Shown piece after piece: positions 28,062-38,827 of a stretch of 64,000 nucleotides of DNA. This stretch comes from an uncultured Actinomycetes bacterium (lineage in GTDB: Bacteria; Actinomycetota; UBA4738; HRBIN12). The notes under the pieces were generated by a model, which searched no databases, was not told where the DNA came from, and worked only from the letters and a program-made list of their open reading frames with translations. Location of the stretch: contig CAVPIB010000001.1 of the NCBI GenBank assembly GCA_963704885.1, forward strand, positions 160,001 through 224,000, read 5' to 3'. Each line of letters starts with the position of its first letter. Within the stretch, counting starts at the first letter, position 1. A program made the position numbers and the translations under genes.

Positions 28062-29018
28062 GTGCGCTTCTGCCTGATGATCGAGGGCCAGGAGGGCGTC
28101 ACCTGGGACGACTGGCTCGCGCTCGCGCAGACCGCAGAGCGACTGGGGTTCGAGGCGCTCTTCCGCTCCGACCACTACTTCAGTGGGCAGGGCGTGACCG
28201 GCCTCGGCTCGACCGACGCCTGGACCCTTTTGGGCGCCCTGGCGGCGCGAACCGAACGTCTGCGCCTGGGAACACTCGTGTCGCCGGTCACGTTCCGCTC
28301 GCCGGCGGTCCTGGCCAGGTCGGCCGCCACGGTGGATCAGGTCTCCGGGGGTCGCGCCGAGATCGGCATGGGCGCCGGCTGGTGGACCGAGGAACACAGC
28401 CAGTTCGGGTTCCCGTTCCCGCCAACACCCGAGCGGTTCGCGATGCTCGAGGAGCAGTTGGAGGTGGTGGACGGGTTGCTCACGCAGCAGCCGTTCTCAT
28501 TCGAAGGAGCGCATTACGAGCTGGAAGGGGCGGAGCTCCTGCCGCGAACCCTGCAGCGGCCCCGGCCGCCGATCATCCTTGGGGGCACCCGAGTGGGCGC
28601 GTGGATGCAACGGTTGGTGGGGCGCTGGGCCGATGAGTTCAACACGGTCGGGGGCACTCCCATCGAGGTCCGCGAACGCTTCCAACGCGCACGCACCGGT
28701 GTCGAAGCAGCCGGGCGCGAACAGGAGACCCTCGTGACCTCGTTGATGACCTGGTGCTTCGTTGGCGACACCCAAGATGACTACCTCGCGCGGCTGCGGC
28801 GGGCGCACGGATCGGATCCCACGGCCGGAGCGTTCGACGCGTACCGTGCCGACGTGGAGAGCGACTGCATCGTGGGGACTCCCGAGCGCGCCGCCGAGCG
28901 GCTGTCGGAGTACGCGGCAGCAGGGGTCCAGCGCATCATGCTCAACCACGGGCTCTTCGACGACCTGGAAATGCTCGCACTCCTTGCCACGCAGGTCTTC
29001 CCGAACGTCCAGGGATGA
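28062..29018 (+). CDS. LLM class (F420-dependent) oxidoreductase
   Basis: EGQEG, FRSDHY, TDAWT, LGTLVSPVTFR; TATGCT -10 7 nt before GTG. Confidence 0.9.
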   Translation: MRFCLMIEGQEGVTWDDWLALAQTAERLGFEALFRSDHYFSGQGVTGLGSTDAWTLLGALAARTERLRLGTLVSPVTFRSPAVLARSAATVDQVSGGRAEIGMGAGWWTEEHSQFGFPFPPTPERFAMLEEQLEVVDGLLTQQPFSFEGAHYELEGAELLPRTLQRPRPPIILGGTRVGAWMQRLVGRWADEFNTVGGTPIEVRERFQRARTGVEAAGREQETLVTSLMTWCFVGDTQDDYLARLRRAHGSDPTAGAFDAYRADVESDCIVGTPERAAERLSEYAAAGVQRIMLNHGLFDDLEMLALLATQVFPNVQG

Positions 29019-29134
29019 GCCGACCTTCATAGCGGACCTCCGAACCTTCTGAGCCAAGCCACCTCTCGGACCCCGAGCAGGCGCGATGCTACGCTTGGTG
29101 TTCGCTCGCACGTCTCATCACGAGCGCCTCCACC

Positions 29135-30361
29135 ATGGCCGAGTTCTCAATCGATCGTTTCGTCGAACTCTACGCGGGTCGGACCGCAGGGATGTCCGCA
29201 TCCGAGGTGCGAGCCCTCTTCGCGGTTGCGTCTCGGCCCGAGGTGGTGTCGTTCGCAGGCGGCATGCCATATGTCGAGGCGCTTCCTTCGCGAGACATCT
29301 TGACCGTGGTCGCGGAGGCTCTCGAGATACACGGCGCCGCGGCGCTCCAGTACTCGGGCGGTCAGGGCCACGTAGCGCTTCGCGAACGCCTCATCCCGGT
29401 GATGGCCGATGAAGGCATCCGGGCCGATCCCGACGACCTGGTTATCACGACCGGCGCCCAGCAAGCACTCGACATGCTGGGCAAGATCTTCATCGATCCC
29501 GGAGATCTGATCGCGGTCGAGGCGCCGGCCTACGTTGGCGCTCTGACGGCGTTCGGCGCCTACGAGCCCCGCTACCTGCAGATCGACCTGGACGACGAAG
29601 GCATGATCGTGGACCGGCTCCAAGAGGCGCTCGTTCGCGGCGAGCGACCGAAGTTCGTCTATACCGTGCCGAACTTCAGCAATCCAGCCGGTGTCACCAT
29701 GTCGCTCTCGCGTCGCGAGCAGCTGGTCGCGCTCTGCCGCGAGGCAGGCATCCCGATCATCGAGGACAACCCGTACGGGCTGCTGCGTTTCGAGGGCGAT
29801 GCTCTCCCAAGCCTGCGGTCGATGGACCCGGAGAACGTCATCTACCTCGGCACCGTGTCGAAGACGTTCTCCCCGGGGGTTCGCGTGGGATGGGCGCTTG
29901 CCGAGCAGAGCGTGATCCAGCGTCTGGTCCTCGCGAAGGAGGCGGCGGATCTGTGCGGCTCCTCGTTCACCATGCTCATGACCGAGCGCTACTTCGCAGG
30001 CGACAGATGGCGGAAGAACCTGACGGCGTTCGTCGACCTGTATCGGTCGCGGCGCGACACGATGCTCGAGTCGCTGCTCGAGCATTTCCCGGCCGACACC
30101 ACGTGGACCCGACCCGCCGGCGGCTTCTACGTGTGGGTCACGCTGCCCGGATGGGTTGACGCGCAAGCGATGTTGGCCGCCGCGGTCGAACGGAGGGTCG
30201 CCTACGTCCCGGGGACGGCCTTCTATCCGGACGGGCGCGGTCGCAACCAGATGCGGCTCGCGTTCTGCCATCCGACCGAGGACCGGATCCGAGACGGGAT
30301 CGGCCGGCTGGGCACGCTGCTCGAAGACGAAGAGCAGCTCTACCGATCGCTTCGACCATGA
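29135..30361 (+). CDS. PLP-dependent aminotransferase (class I/II, LysN/MocR-like)
   Basis: SFAGGMP, NPAG, EDNPY, GTVSKTFSPGVRVGW. Confidence 0.92.
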   Translation: MAEFSIDRFVELYAGRTAGMSASEVRALFAVASRPEVVSFAGGMPYVEALPSRDILTVVAEALEIHGAAALQYSGGQGHVALRERLIPVMADEGIRADPDDLVITTGAQQALDMLGKIFIDPGDLIAVEAPAYVGALTAFGAYEPRYLQIDLDDEGMIVDRLQEALVRGERPKFVYTVPNFSNPAGVTMSLSRREQLVALCREAGIPIIEDNPYGLLRFEGDALPSLRSMDPENVIYLGTVSKTFSPGVRVGWALAEQSVIQRLVLAKEAADLCGSSFTMLMTERYFAGDRWRKNLTAFVDLYRSRRDTMLESLLEHFPADTTWTRPAGGFYVWVTLPGWVDAQAMLAAAVERRVAYVPGTAFYPDGRGRNQMRLAFCHPTEDRIRDGIGRLGTLLEDEEQLYRSLRP

Positions 30362-31305
30362 AAGTCGCGGTCATCGCCGGCGGCCGAACGCCCGAGCGAG
30401 ACGTGTCACTGCGATCCGGACATCGCGTGACGAACGCGCTCGCCGAGCGGGGTCACGACTCCTTCCTGCTGGACCCGGGCGAGCTGCCGTTGGTCGAAGC
30501 GCTACAGGAGCGAACCCCAGACATCTGCTACCTGACGCTGCACGGTAAGGAGGGCGAGGATGGCACCGTCCAGCGACTGCTGGATCTGGTTGGGCTCCCT
30601 TACACCGGTACCGAGGCGTACGACTGTGAGGTGGCTTTCGACAAGGTGCTCGCGAAGGACGCGCTCACCCGGGCCGGCGTCCGCACTCCTGATTGGGTCG
30701 TGGTGGAGGGCTGGGCGCTCCGGGATCTGGGCGCCGGCGCCGCCCTCGGCAAGGCGGTGGAGCGAGTCGGTCTGCCCTGCGTGGTGAAGCCGTCCCGCTC
30801 TGGTTCGGCGCTGGGAGTTGGGTTCGTGGAACGCGAGGCCGACCTCCCCGCCGCGGTCATGGCCGCGCTATCGTTCGCGGGAGCTGCCATCGTTGAAGCC
30901 AAGATCGAGGGTTCCGAGCTGGCTGCGGGGATCGTCGGAACGCCGGCGGAGGCGCTGCCGTTGGTCGAGATCGTGCCCAAGAACGGCGTGTACGACTACG
31001 CAGCGCGCTACACGGCGGGGGCTACCGAGTACTTCGCGCCCGCACGGGTGTCGGCCGAGATCGCCGCGGCGTGTATCCACGAGGCGATGCTCGCCGTGGA
31101 CGGCCTGCGATCGCGCGACGTTACCCGGGTCGACCTGATCGTGGACACGAACGGCGCACCCTGGGTGCTGGAGATGAACGTCTCGCCCGGGATGACCGAG
31201 ACGAGCCTGTTGCCGATGGCCGCGCAGGCCGCCGGTTGGTCCCTTGAGGAACTGTGCGAGCGCGTGCTGCGATCGGCGAGCGCGCGATCGCCCCGCTCCT
31301 CCTGA
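30358..31305 (+). CDS. ddl: D-Ala-D-Ala ligase family ATP-grasp protein
   Basis: GG..ERDVSL.SG, LHGKEGEDG, KPSRSGSA, EMNVSPG. Confidence 0.85.
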   Translation: MKVAVIAGGRTPERDVSLRSGHRVTNALAERGHDSFLLDPGELPLVEALQERTPDICYLTLHGKEGEDGTVQRLLDLVGLPYTGTEAYDCEVAFDKVLAKDALTRAGVRTPDWVVVEGWALRDLGAGAALGKAVERVGLPCVVKPSRSGSALGVGFVEREADLPAAVMAALSFAGAAIVEAKIEGSELAAGIVGTPAEALPLVEIVPKNGVYDYAARYTAGATEYFAPARVSAEIAAACIHEAMLAVDGLRSRDVTRVDLIVDTNGAPWVLEMNVSPGMTETSLLPMAAQAAGWSLEELCERVLRSASARSPRSS

Positions 31306-31314
31306 CCTGCACGT

Positions 31315-31343
31315 TCATACTAGTCTGAGGCAGACTAGTATGA
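31315..31343. repeat. ACTAGTCTG-N3-CAGACTAGT palindrome copy 2
   Basis: TCATACTAGTCTG-AGG-CAGACTAGTATGA, 13-bp perfect stem at the ddl/parB convergent junction. Confidence 0.9.
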
Positions 31344-31344
31344 G

Positions 31345-32238
31345 TCAGTCGGGGGCAAGGCCTGGACCAGAGCCGATGATCTCGGAGACGATGCGCTCCA
31401 GATCGTCCGCCGAGCCGAACTCGATCACCACTCGACCTCGCTTCTTCCCCATCTGGATCTGCACCCGGGTCGCGAGCTGCTCCGAGAGGATCTCCTCCAC
31501 CTCGGACAGCGTCGTGTCGCTCGGGGGCTGGTCACCGGCCTTCGGAGCCGACGCCGGCTTCTCGGCCGGTGCTTCGATGTAGCGTCTGACCAGATCCTCG
31601 ACCTCCCGTACGGACAGATCTTCGGCAACGGTCCGCAAGGCGAGCGTCGTTTGGGCCTCGCCGTCGCCGAGTGAGAGCAGCGAACGAGCGTGGCCCGCCT
31701 GGAGCTTCCCGTCGGTGAGCAGCTGCTGGACGTCTATCGGGAGCTGTAGGAGGCGGATCGTGTTCGCGATGTGAGATCGAGAGACGCCGACCCGTTCGGC
31801 CAGTTCCTCCTGCTTCAGACCCAGCTCTTCCAGGAGTTGGCGGAACGCCTCGGCCAGCTCGATCGGGCCCAGATCCTCGCGGTGGATGTTCTCGATGAGG
31901 GCTTCGCGGAGGGTGTCGGCATCGTCCGTGTCGCGCACCACGACGGGCACGGTGGCCAATCCAGCCACACGGGCTGCCCGGAGTCGCCGCTCCCCTGCGA
32001 TCAACTCGTATCCCGCTCCAGCCTTGCGGACCACGATCGGTTGGAGGATCCCCACCTCGCGGATCGAAGCGGCCAGAGCACCGATCGCCTCGTCGTCGAA
32101 GCGCGTCCGGGGCTGCCTCGGATTCGGGGCCACCGCGTTCACCGGCACCTCGAGCAGTCCGGAAACCTCGCCAGCCTCGGGCGCACCCGGGATGAGCGCG
32201 GAGAGTCCGCGGCCCAGTCCGCCTCGTTTCGTCATCAT
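31345..32238 (-). CDS. parB: chromosome partitioning protein ParB
   Basis: [33 protein letters not shown]. Confidence 0.96.
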   Translation of the reverse strand: MMTKRGGLGRGLSALIPGAPEAGEVSGLLEVPVNAVAPNPRQPRTRFDDEAIGALAASIREVGILQPIVVRKAGAGYELIAGERRLRAARVAGLATVPVVVRDTDDADTLREALIENIHREDLGPIELAEAFRQLLEELGLKQEELAERVGVSRSHIANTIRLLQLPIDVQQLLTDGKLQAGHARSLLSLGDGEAQTTLALRTVAEDLSVREVEDLVRRYIEAPAEKPASAPKAGDQPPSDTTLSEVEEILSEQLATRVQIQMGKKRGRVVIEFGSADDLERIVSEIIGSGPGLAPD

Positions 32239-33743
32239 TCGCCTCCCTTGCGGAACAGTCGCCATCGGCGCTTGGGCTGGCCCTCTTCCTCAAGGGTGGC
32301 CCCGATCTCGACGTCGGACGGCGGCGTCACCCGCGTTCGAACGGGACGGCCCTGGGAGGTAGAGGGCGCGGAACGCGCTTTGAGCTCCGCGTCATCGTCG
32401 ATGACCACCACCCGGCGTTCAGGAAGGTGTTCGGGTGGAGCTTGGTCGGAGGTTGCTGGACGGCGAGAGGCTGGGGGCGGCGGAACGGGTTCGTCCGGAT
32501 CCTCCCAAAGGTCGTCCTCGTCGACTCCGGCCATGGGAACAAGGGGTGCAGGCTCGCTTGGAGGGGAGGGCTCAGGGGCTGGCTCAGGGGCTGGCTCAGG
32601 GGCTGGCTCAGGGCCTGGCTCAGGGGCTGGCTCAGGGGCTGGTTCCGGTTCCGGTTCCGGTTCCGGTTCCGGCTCGGGGGCCGGCTCCGGCTCAGGCGTC
32701 GGCTCCGCCAGGAGCTGGTGGACGGTCGGAGTGGGAAGGTCCTCCAGTTCGGCCTCGTCGACGGCATCCTGTGTGACGGCGTCATCCACTGCCGGGATCA
32801 CCATCGCGGGCATGTCATCGAAGATAGGCATCGGCTCGTCGGGCGGAGGCCGAAGAGCAACCTCCGTAGCCAGTTGACGGTACGCGTCCGCCCCTTTCGA
32901 CCGCGGATCGTAGACAGTGATGGGTTGACCGAACCCAGGCGCCTCCGACAATCGCACCGTCCTTGGGATGATGACGTCATACACAAGCTCTCCGAAGAAG
33001 CGCTGAACCTCTTCGACAACCTGCTCCGAAAGCTTCGTCCGGGGATCGAACATCGTCATCACGATCCCCGACAGTCGCAGCTCAGGGTTGATGTTCTGCT
33101 GCACCAGACTGACGTTCCTGAGCAGTTGCCCCAGCCCCTCCAGGGCGTAGTACTCGCACTGGATAGGCACGATCAACTCCTCTGCGGCTGTGAGGGCGTT
33201 GACGGTCAGCAGTCCGAGCGAGGGTGGGCAGTCGAGTAGGACGAAGTCATACCGGCCTTCCCGTATCGGGTCGAGAGCCTTCTTGAGGCGGGTCTCCCGC
33301 GAGAACTGGCTGACCAGCTCGATCTCGGCCCCGGCTAGGTCGATGGTGGACGGCACGGCATGGAGTCCCTCGACCGGCGTAGGGACGATCGCGTCTTCGA
33401 TCGGGGATTCGATCACGATGACGTGGTAGACGGTGGTTTCTCTCGCCTCGTGGCGGATCCCCATCCCGGTGGAGGCGTTTCCCTGAGGATCCAGATCGAC
33501 AACCAGGACCCTATAGCCGAACTCTGCGAGCGCCGCCCCCAAGCTCACCGCCGTGGTCGATTTGCCGACGCCGCCCTTCTGGTTGGCGATCGCGATGATC
33601 CTGGCCGAACCGGGGGTCTCCGGCGGCTTGGGAGCCGACTTCCTCGCCGGCGTTCGCCGTCCAGCGGCACGGGCCGAGCTGCCCCTCGAGGCAGAGCGTG
33701 CCGATGCGGTCCGCGAGGCGGCCTTCGCGCCTGAGGTGGTCAC
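32235..33743 (-). CDS. parA: ParA/Soj ATPase with long disordered C-terminal extension
   Basis: [37 protein letters not shown]; GTG 33743 overlaps the rsmG stop. Confidence 0.93.
   Translation of the reverse strand: MTTSGAKAASRTASARSASRGSSARAAGRRTPARKSAPKPPETPGSARIIAIANQKGGVGKSTTAVSLGAALAEFGYRVLVVDLDPQGNASTGMGIRHEARETTVYHVIVIESPIEDAIVPTPVEGLHAVPSTIDLAGAEIELVSQFSRETRLKKALDPIREGRYDFVLLDCPPSLGLLTVNALTAAEELIVPIQCEYYALEGLGQLLRNVSLVQQNINPELRLSGIVMTMFDPRTKLSEQVVEEVQRFFGELVYDVIIPRTVRLSEAPGFGQPITVYDPRSKGADAYRQLATEVALRPPPDEPMPIFDDMPAMVIPAVDDAVTQDAVDEAELEDLPTPTVHQLLAEPTPEPEPAPEPEPEPEPEPEPAPEPAPEPGPEPAPEPAPEPAPEPSPPSEPAPLVPMAGVDEDDLWEDPDEPVPPPPASRRPATSDQAPPEHLPERRVVVIDDDAELKARSAPSTSQGRPVRTRVTPPSDVEIGATLEEEGQPKRRWRLFRKGGE
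32569..32696 (-). repeat. 12-bp and 6-bp tandem repeats encoding (EPAP)n/(EP)n in the ParA tail
   Basis: (GGCTCAGGGGCT)x~6 then (GGTTCC)x5 on the + strand. Confidence 0.9.
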
Positions 33744-34357
33744 TGCCGGCTCATGATAGCGAGCGGCCCTGACCTTGCAAGCGTCGAGGCCACCAGGTTG
33801 ATCTCGAGGTCGCTTGGCAGCTGCGATCGATCGAATCCCCGGCCGGCGAAGTAGACCAGCCGTCCGTGAGGGACGAGCAGCGGTTCTGCGGCTCGCCAAG
33901 AGGCCGCAGGGCCGGCGAACGCTCGGGCGAGACACAGGTCAGCGCGATCACTGAGGTTCTGCGCCCTCCCTGCGTATATGCGCGCATTGGGCAACCCGAG
34001 CAGTTCGACGGCGAGCTCTAAGAAGGCCACTCGTGGTCGGCGTGGCTCCACCAAGGTGACCTCCAGCCAGGGGCAGGCGATCGCCACCACCAGGCCTGGG
34101 AGCCCGGCGCCGGAGCCTAGGTCGTACCCGGTGCGCTCCTGCCCACTCACGACCGCAGCCGCACGCAGGCAGTCCCAGATGTGGCGTTCTCTCAGTCGCG
34201 ATACGTCGGCGGCTGCTACGAGCCCCGAGGGGACCGCGCGCTCCCTCAGAAGGGTCTCGAACCGCTCGAGCTGGCCGACTTGGTCATGACTCAACGTGAC
34301 ACCCGGGACCGGGAATGATGGTTCGGGAGTGGAACCCTCATGTTTCACGTGAAACAC
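33740..34357 (-). CDS. rsmG: 16S rRNA m7G methyltransferase; start uncertain
   Basis: [20 protein letters not shown]; conserved locus. Confidence 0.9.
   Translation of the reverse strand: MFHVKHEGSTPEPSFPVPGVTLSHDQVGQLERFETLLRERAVPSGLVAAADVSRLRERHIWDCLRAAAVVSGQERTGYDLGSGAGLPGLVVAIACPWLEVTLVEPRRPRVAFLELAVELLGLPNARIYAGRAQNLSDRADLCLARAFAGPAASWRAAEPLLVPHGRLVYFAGRGFDRSQLPSDLEINLVASTLARSGPLAIMSRQ
34341..34356. promoter_or_regulatory. parS: parS centromere site
   Basis: Perfect consensus palindrome TGTTTCACGTGAAACA. Confidence 0.95.
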
Positions 34358-34404
34358 GCCTCCGTGTGGCGCCGCGCAGCGCCAGAGACATCCCGAAGGG
34401 AGGA

Positions 34405-35058
34405 CTAGCGGCGTCGGATGACGACCGCCCGGTCGGGCTCTTCGCCTCGACTCGAGCTCTCCACGCCGTCGATCCGCGAGACGGCATCATGCACGATCTT
34501 ACGTTCGAACGGATTCATCGGCTCCAGGGTCTCCTCAGCGCCGGACTTCAGAACGCGCGCGGCGACGTCGGCGGCGTGCTCCTCCAGACGCGTCTCACGG
34601 CGCTTGCGGTAGTCCTCAACGTCCACGATCACCCGCACCCGCTCATCGAGATGCCGGCCGACGACCATCCGGGTGAGCTCCTGGATGGCGTCCAGGGTCT
34701 GCCCGTGGCGGCCGATCAATAGGGCCATGTCGTCCTCATCCTCCCCGACGATGTCCACGTACATATGATCACCGTGCAGGTTCGGCTCGGCGACGGCGTC
34801 GACGCCCATGTGTCCCAGCAGCTCCTCAAGGAAGTCAGCCGCGCTGTCGGCCTGCTCCTCGAGGTCTTCTGGATCGACGTCGGGGGAGACCATCCTCACG
34901 CGTACGACCGCCTCGTGCGAGCCTATCCCAAGCACGCCACCGCGGGGCTCCTGCAGCACTTCGATACGGGCCTCCTGCTCTGAGATCCCGAGTTCTTGGA
35001 GGGCCGCTTCGACGGCCTCCTCGATGCTAGGCGCCCGTTTCTCCGTCTCCCTTGCCAC
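34405..35058 (-). CDS. jag: Jag/KhpB (EloR) RNA-binding protein (Jag_N, KH, R3H)
   Basis: SIEEAVEAAL, LIGRHGQTLDAIQ, PMNPFERKIVH. Confidence 0.92.
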   Translation of the reverse strand: MARETEKRAPSIEEAVEAALQELGISEQEARIEVLQEPRGGVLGIGSHEAVVRVRMVSPDVDPEDLEEQADSAADFLEELLGHMGVDAVAEPNLHGDHMYVDIVGEDEDDMALLIGRHGQTLDAIQELTRMVVGRHLDERVRVIVDVEDYRKRRETRLEEHAADVAARVLKSGAEETLEPMNPFERKIVHDAVSRIDGVESSSRGEEPDRAVVIRRR

Positions 35059-36184
35059 CTTCGCCTTCACCCCCCGGGGGTCGTTTCGGAGCGGGCCGCC
35101 CGCCGCCCTTAGAGCCACCTGTGTTCGGACGTCGCCGCTTCGGCTGTGGGCCCTTCGCGCCCCCGCCGGTGGGCTTGCTGCCACTCCCGCCGGAGGGCTT
35201 GCGGCCGCCACCACTCGCCGGGCGCTTGCCCTCCTGTATACGACGACTCTCCTCCGCCCGTTCTTGCATGCGGGACATGAGCCCCTTCTTGGCGGGCCCG
35301 CCGGCGTTCTTGGCGCGCTGTTCGGCCATCCTTCGCTCCATGGCCTCAGGTCCGATATGGCCCGCCTTCAGCAATGCATACTGCTGTCCGATCTGCCAGA
35401 AGTTCGAGACGGTCCAATACAAGGTGAGTCCTGCAGGGAAGGCGAATCCGAAGACCCCGAACATGATCGGCATGATCTTCATGATCGCCTGCTGCTGACC
35501 CGAGGCCGCGCCGGGAGGACTAGCCCTCTGCATCTGGCGCTGCTGGAAGAACGTGGTGCCGATCATGATCACGAGAAGCGCGAAGTAGGGGATCTTGTCG
35601 GCCGTACCCGAGCCGCAGTCGATGACGTGGTCGCTCGGCTGTCCGTCTGAGTCCGGGACGGTCACCTGCTTCCCGGCCTGAGACGCCGAGCACTGCAGGT
35701 TCAGCAAGAGGAAGTTCATGTTCGTGTCGGTGGTCACGTCCGCGTACAGCTGCGAGTCAACAGGCAGGTGGTTGTTCACGAATTCGGGCACGTTCGGATT
35801 CGGCTCGGCAGGGTCGTAGGCGGCATTCGGCACTGGGGCGCGGAGCACGGAGTACATGGCGATCAGGATGGGGAACTGCAGCAGGAGCGGGAGGCAGCCC
35901 CCGAGGGGATTGACGCCCGCCTCCTTGTAGAGCTTCATCGTCTCTTCTTGGGCCTTCTGCTTGTTGCCCTTGTTCTTCTTCTGGATCTCCTTGACCTTCG
36001 GCTGGATCGACTGCATGGCGCCCATCGACTTGATCTGCTTGATGCCTAACGGCAACAGGATCACGCGGATAAGGATCGTGAGCACGATGATGGAGAGGCC
36101 GTAGTTGCCGACGAAGTCGTAGATCTCCGCCAGCACCCAGCCCAGGCTGTTCAACAGAGCCTGGAAGACCTCCAGCGCGACCAT
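35027..36184 (-). CDS. yidC: membrane protein insertase YidC
   Basis: YGLSIIVLTILIR, NPLGGCLPLLLQFP, PAGLTLYW. Confidence 0.95.
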   Translation of the reverse strand: MVALEVFQALLNSLGWVLAEIYDFVGNYGLSIIVLTILIRVILLPLGIKQIKSMGAMQSIQPKVKEIQKKNKGNKQKAQEETMKLYKEAGVNPLGGCLPLLLQFPILIAMYSVLRAPVPNAAYDPAEPNPNVPEFVNNHLPVDSQLYADVTTDTNMNFLLLNLQCSASQAGKQVTVPDSDGQPSDHVIDCGSGTADKIPYFALLVIMIGTTFFQQRQMQRASPPGAASGQQQAIMKIMPIMFGVFGFAFPAGLTLYWTVSNFWQIGQQYALLKAGHIGPEAMERRMAEQRAKNAGGPAKKGLMSRMQERAEESRRIQEGKRPASGGGRKPSGGSGSKPTGGGAKGPQPKRRRPNTGGSKGGGRPAPKRPPGGEGEGGKGDGETGA

Positions 36185-36492
36185 CAGCTGGCTCGCTCAG
36201 TCACACTGGGTATGATGGCGTCATACTCGTCCGAGGAGGGCGCCGTCCCAGGAACCTGCTCGATCCCGCCTGCCCCGAATGGGTTGCAGCGCAGGATCCT
36301 CCACAGAGCCAGTCCGGTTCCCTTCAGGGCGCCATGTGCACGGATCGCCTCCTCCGCGTAATGCGAGCAGGTCGGATAGAACCGACATTGGCCCCCCAGC
36401 CAGCCCGAGAGAGTGGCCCGATACAACCTGATCAGGCCCGTGACCATGGCTCGCGCCGGGGCGCCGGCCGTCCTGAGGGCGCGGCGCTTCAT
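36184..36492 (-). CDS. yidD: membrane protein insertion efficiency factor
   Basis: CRFYPTCSHY, RILRCNPF. Confidence 0.95.
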   Translation of the reverse strand: MKRRALRTAGAPARAMVTGLIRLYRATLSGWLGGQCRFYPTCSHYAEEAIRAHGALKGTGLALWRILRCNPFGAGGIEQVPGTAPSSDEYDAIIPSVTERAS

Positions 36493-36797
36493 GCGTCAAG
36501 CACCTCATCAAGGCGGAGCAGCTCCGTCATCTCGGCCACCAGATCCTGTGTCTTCGCGCCCACGATAGCTTCGCGGGCCACCAGGACTACGTCTTCGTCG
36601 TTCCCGACCCGAGGAGCAACCTCACGCCATGCCGCCCTCAAGATCCGCCGGGATCGATTCCGCTCGATGGCACCACCGACCCGACGGCTAGCGACGACCG
36701 CGGAATCCCCCGAACCGGAAGCGAGGAACAGTACCACCCGGCCTCCGTGCAACGGACGGCCGGTGTCGAACACGCGACGAACCTGCGGGGACCGCAC
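36489..36797 (-). CDS. rnpA: RNase P protein component
   Basis: SRRVGGAIERNRSRRILR (RNR motif); position after rpmH. Confidence 0.9.
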   Translation of the reverse strand: MRSPQVRRVFDTGRPLHGGRVVLFLASGSGDSAVVASRRVGGAIERNRSRRILRAAWREVAPRVGNDEDVVLVAREAIVGAKTQDLVAEMTELLRLDEVLDA

Positions 36798-36805
36798 GGC
36801 CGTGC

Positions 36806-36949
36806 TCAGGGGGTGAGGCTGGCGCGGCCCTTCCGACGGCGCCGAGCCAGGATCGAGCGGCCGGCGCGCGTGCGCATACGGATCCGGAAGCCGTGCGTCT
36901 TCGCGCGATGGCGGTTATTCGGCTGATAGGTACGCTTGCCCTTGGCCAT
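36806..36949 (-). CDS. rpmH: 50S ribosomal protein L34
   Basis: [31 protein letters not shown]. Confidence 0.97.
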   Translation of the reverse strand: MAKGKRTYQPNNRHRAKTHGFRIRMRTRAGRSILARRRRKGRASLTP

Positions 36950-37077
36950 GTCGGTCGGTCCCTTCGATGCGAAGGCCAGCGCAAGGCCGGCCGGGCGAGA
37001 GTATACGGGGCTGCATCGTCGCAGGACAAAGGGCTTGACAACGAAAAGAGTGTCAAGACCCCGCTGACGGCGAGCGC

Positions 37078-37204
37078 TGTGGAAAAGCCCGGTGCTATAG
37101 TGCGGGCCGCCTCCCCCCCCGGCGGAACCGTCCGGCGGTCGGCGTAGCGCCAGATCACCTTCCCCCGAAGGTTTTCCACCGTTGTGGAAAGGTTCTGTGG
37201 ATAG
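37078..37204. promoter_or_regulatory. DnaA boxes upstream of dnaA
   Basis: TGTGGAAAA 37078, TTTTCCACC 37172, TGTGGAAAG 37183, TGTGGATAG 37196 (1-2 mismatches to TTATCCACA). Confidence 0.75.
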
Positions 37205-37206
37205 GA

Positions 37207-38625
37207 ATGGCGATAGCGTTCTCTGAGCGCGAGGCACACGACACCTGGGCTCACGTCCTGGAACGCGCCCGCGCCGAGCTTCCCGAGACGACGGTCGTCA
37301 TGTGGTTCGCCGATGTGAGCCCCGTCTCGCTCGACGGCGGCGTGCTGGCTCTACATGTGCCCAGTGACATGGTCCGGGAACGTCTGCAACACAATCATCT
37401 TGGGCTCATCCACGACGCAGTCGTCGATGCTGTCGGCGCGGACGTCGAGATCCGCCTAGACGTGGACGAGGCCCTGCGAGGCCCGGTCGATGACATCGTG
37501 TCGATCCCCGACCTCGACGAGACTCCTGCCCCCGCGATGGAGCCCCCGCCGGAGGCGACCGCCGCCCAGCGCGCCGCCGGCGCCCCCGGATTGCCGTTCC
37601 CCAACTACACGTTCGAGGCCTTCGTGCCCGGACCGTCCAACCGGTTCGCGCATGCGGCCGCCATGGCAGTTGCCGAGGCTCCTCCCTCCAAGGCCTACAA
37701 CCCGCTGTTCATCTACGGCGGCGTGGGTCTGGGCAAGACCCACCTGCTGATCGCGGTCGGGCATCACATGTACCGACTGAAGCCACGGCTGCGCGTCAAG
37801 TACGTGACCTCCGAGCAGTTCGTGACCGAGTTCATCAAGGCGGTCCGCGAGCGCCAAGGCGACGGCTTCCGCCAGAAGTACCGTGAGGTCGACGTGCTGC
37901 TCGTGGACGACATCCAGTTCCTGGCCAAACGCGAGGAGACGCAGACCGAGTTCTTCCACACGTTCAACCATCTACACACGGCCGGCCGGCAGATCGTGAT
38001 CGCGTCCGACCGGCCACCGCACGAGCTCTCGAGCATGGAGGAGCGCCTGACCAGCAGGTTCCGATGGGGACTCTGCGTGGACGTGCAACCGCCGGACCTG
38101 GAAACGCGGATCGCCATCCTGCAGCTGAAGGCCGAGCGCGAGGCGATCGCCGTTCCCCCAGACGTCGTCGAGTTCGTCGCTTCCAAATTCGATCAGAGCG
38201 TCCGTGAGCTGGAGGGCGCCCTGGTGAGGGTGGTGGCGTGGTCCGAGCTGACAGCGCAGGCGATCGACGTGACCTTGGCCGAGCGTGCGCTGCAGGATCT
38301 GATCCCGCAGACCGAGCACGACATCCCTCCGCCATTGATCTTGGAGGAGACCGCGAACTACTTCACGCTCGCGACAGGCGACCTGATGTCGAAGAGCCGG
38401 TCGCGGCCGCTCACCCAGGCGCGTCACATCGCCATGTACCTGGTTCGCGAGTGCACGGGGCTCTCGCTCGTGAAGATCGGCGAGATCTTCGGGGGGCGGG
38501 ATCACACCACGGTCCTGCACGGCATCAACAAGGTCGAGGGGGAGATGCGCGCCCGGGATACTACGTTCCGCCAGGTCCAGGACCTGACGCGCATCATCCG
38601 CGGTCGCGCTCGGGGGTCGGCATGA
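37207..38625 (+). CDS. dnaA: chromosomal replication initiator DnaA
   Basis: [40 protein letters not shown]. Confidence 0.98.
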   Translation: MAIAFSEREAHDTWAHVLERARAELPETTVVMWFADVSPVSLDGGVLALHVPSDMVRERLQHNHLGLIHDAVVDAVGADVEIRLDVDEALRGPVDDIVSIPDLDETPAPAMEPPPEATAAQRAAGAPGLPFPNYTFEAFVPGPSNRFAHAAAMAVAEAPPSKAYNPLFIYGGVGLGKTHLLIAVGHHMYRLKPRLRVKYVTSEQFVTEFIKAVRERQGDGFRQKYREVDVLLVDDIQFLAKREETQTEFFHTFNHLHTAGRQIVIASDRPPHELSSMEERLTSRFRWGLCVDVQPPDLETRIAILQLKAEREAIAVPPDVVEFVASKFDQSVRELEGALVRVVAWSELTAQAIDVTLAERALQDLIPQTEHDIPPPLILEETANYFTLATGDLMSKSRSRPLTQARHIAMYLVRECTGLSLVKIGEIFGGRDHTTVLHGINKVEGEMRARDTTFRQVQDLTRIIRGRARGSA

Positions 38626-38812
38626 GGGTGTGGAAAACGCGGGGACCGGATGTTGGCTGTGGTGGATGCAACCCGATCGCAGGGCATATGGATGATGGTT
38701 CTCCCCAGCATGTCCACATGTCGGAGGGCTCCTCTACGCTGGGGGAACGCCTACGTTGTGCACCTTTCCACAGCACCTACTACTACCGTACTGAGAGAAA
38801 GACTAAGAGCAA
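38626..38812. other. oriC: oriC (dnaA-dnaN intergenic) with DnaA boxes and DnaA-trios
   Basis: TGTGGAAAA 38629, ATGTCCACA 38710, CTTTCCACA 38764, then GCAC spacer and CTACTACTAC trios 38777-38786, then an A-rich tract. Confidence 0.85.
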
Positions 38813-38827
38813 CAGGGGGTGGCCACG

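Noticed and set aside
32569-32696. Tandem repeats as CRISPR or mobile element
   Set aside because: No spacers or cas genes; in-frame EP/EPAP coding repeat of ParA
34340-34357. N-terminal MFHVKH of rsmG as a protein motif
   Set aside because: It is simply the translation of the parS palindrome
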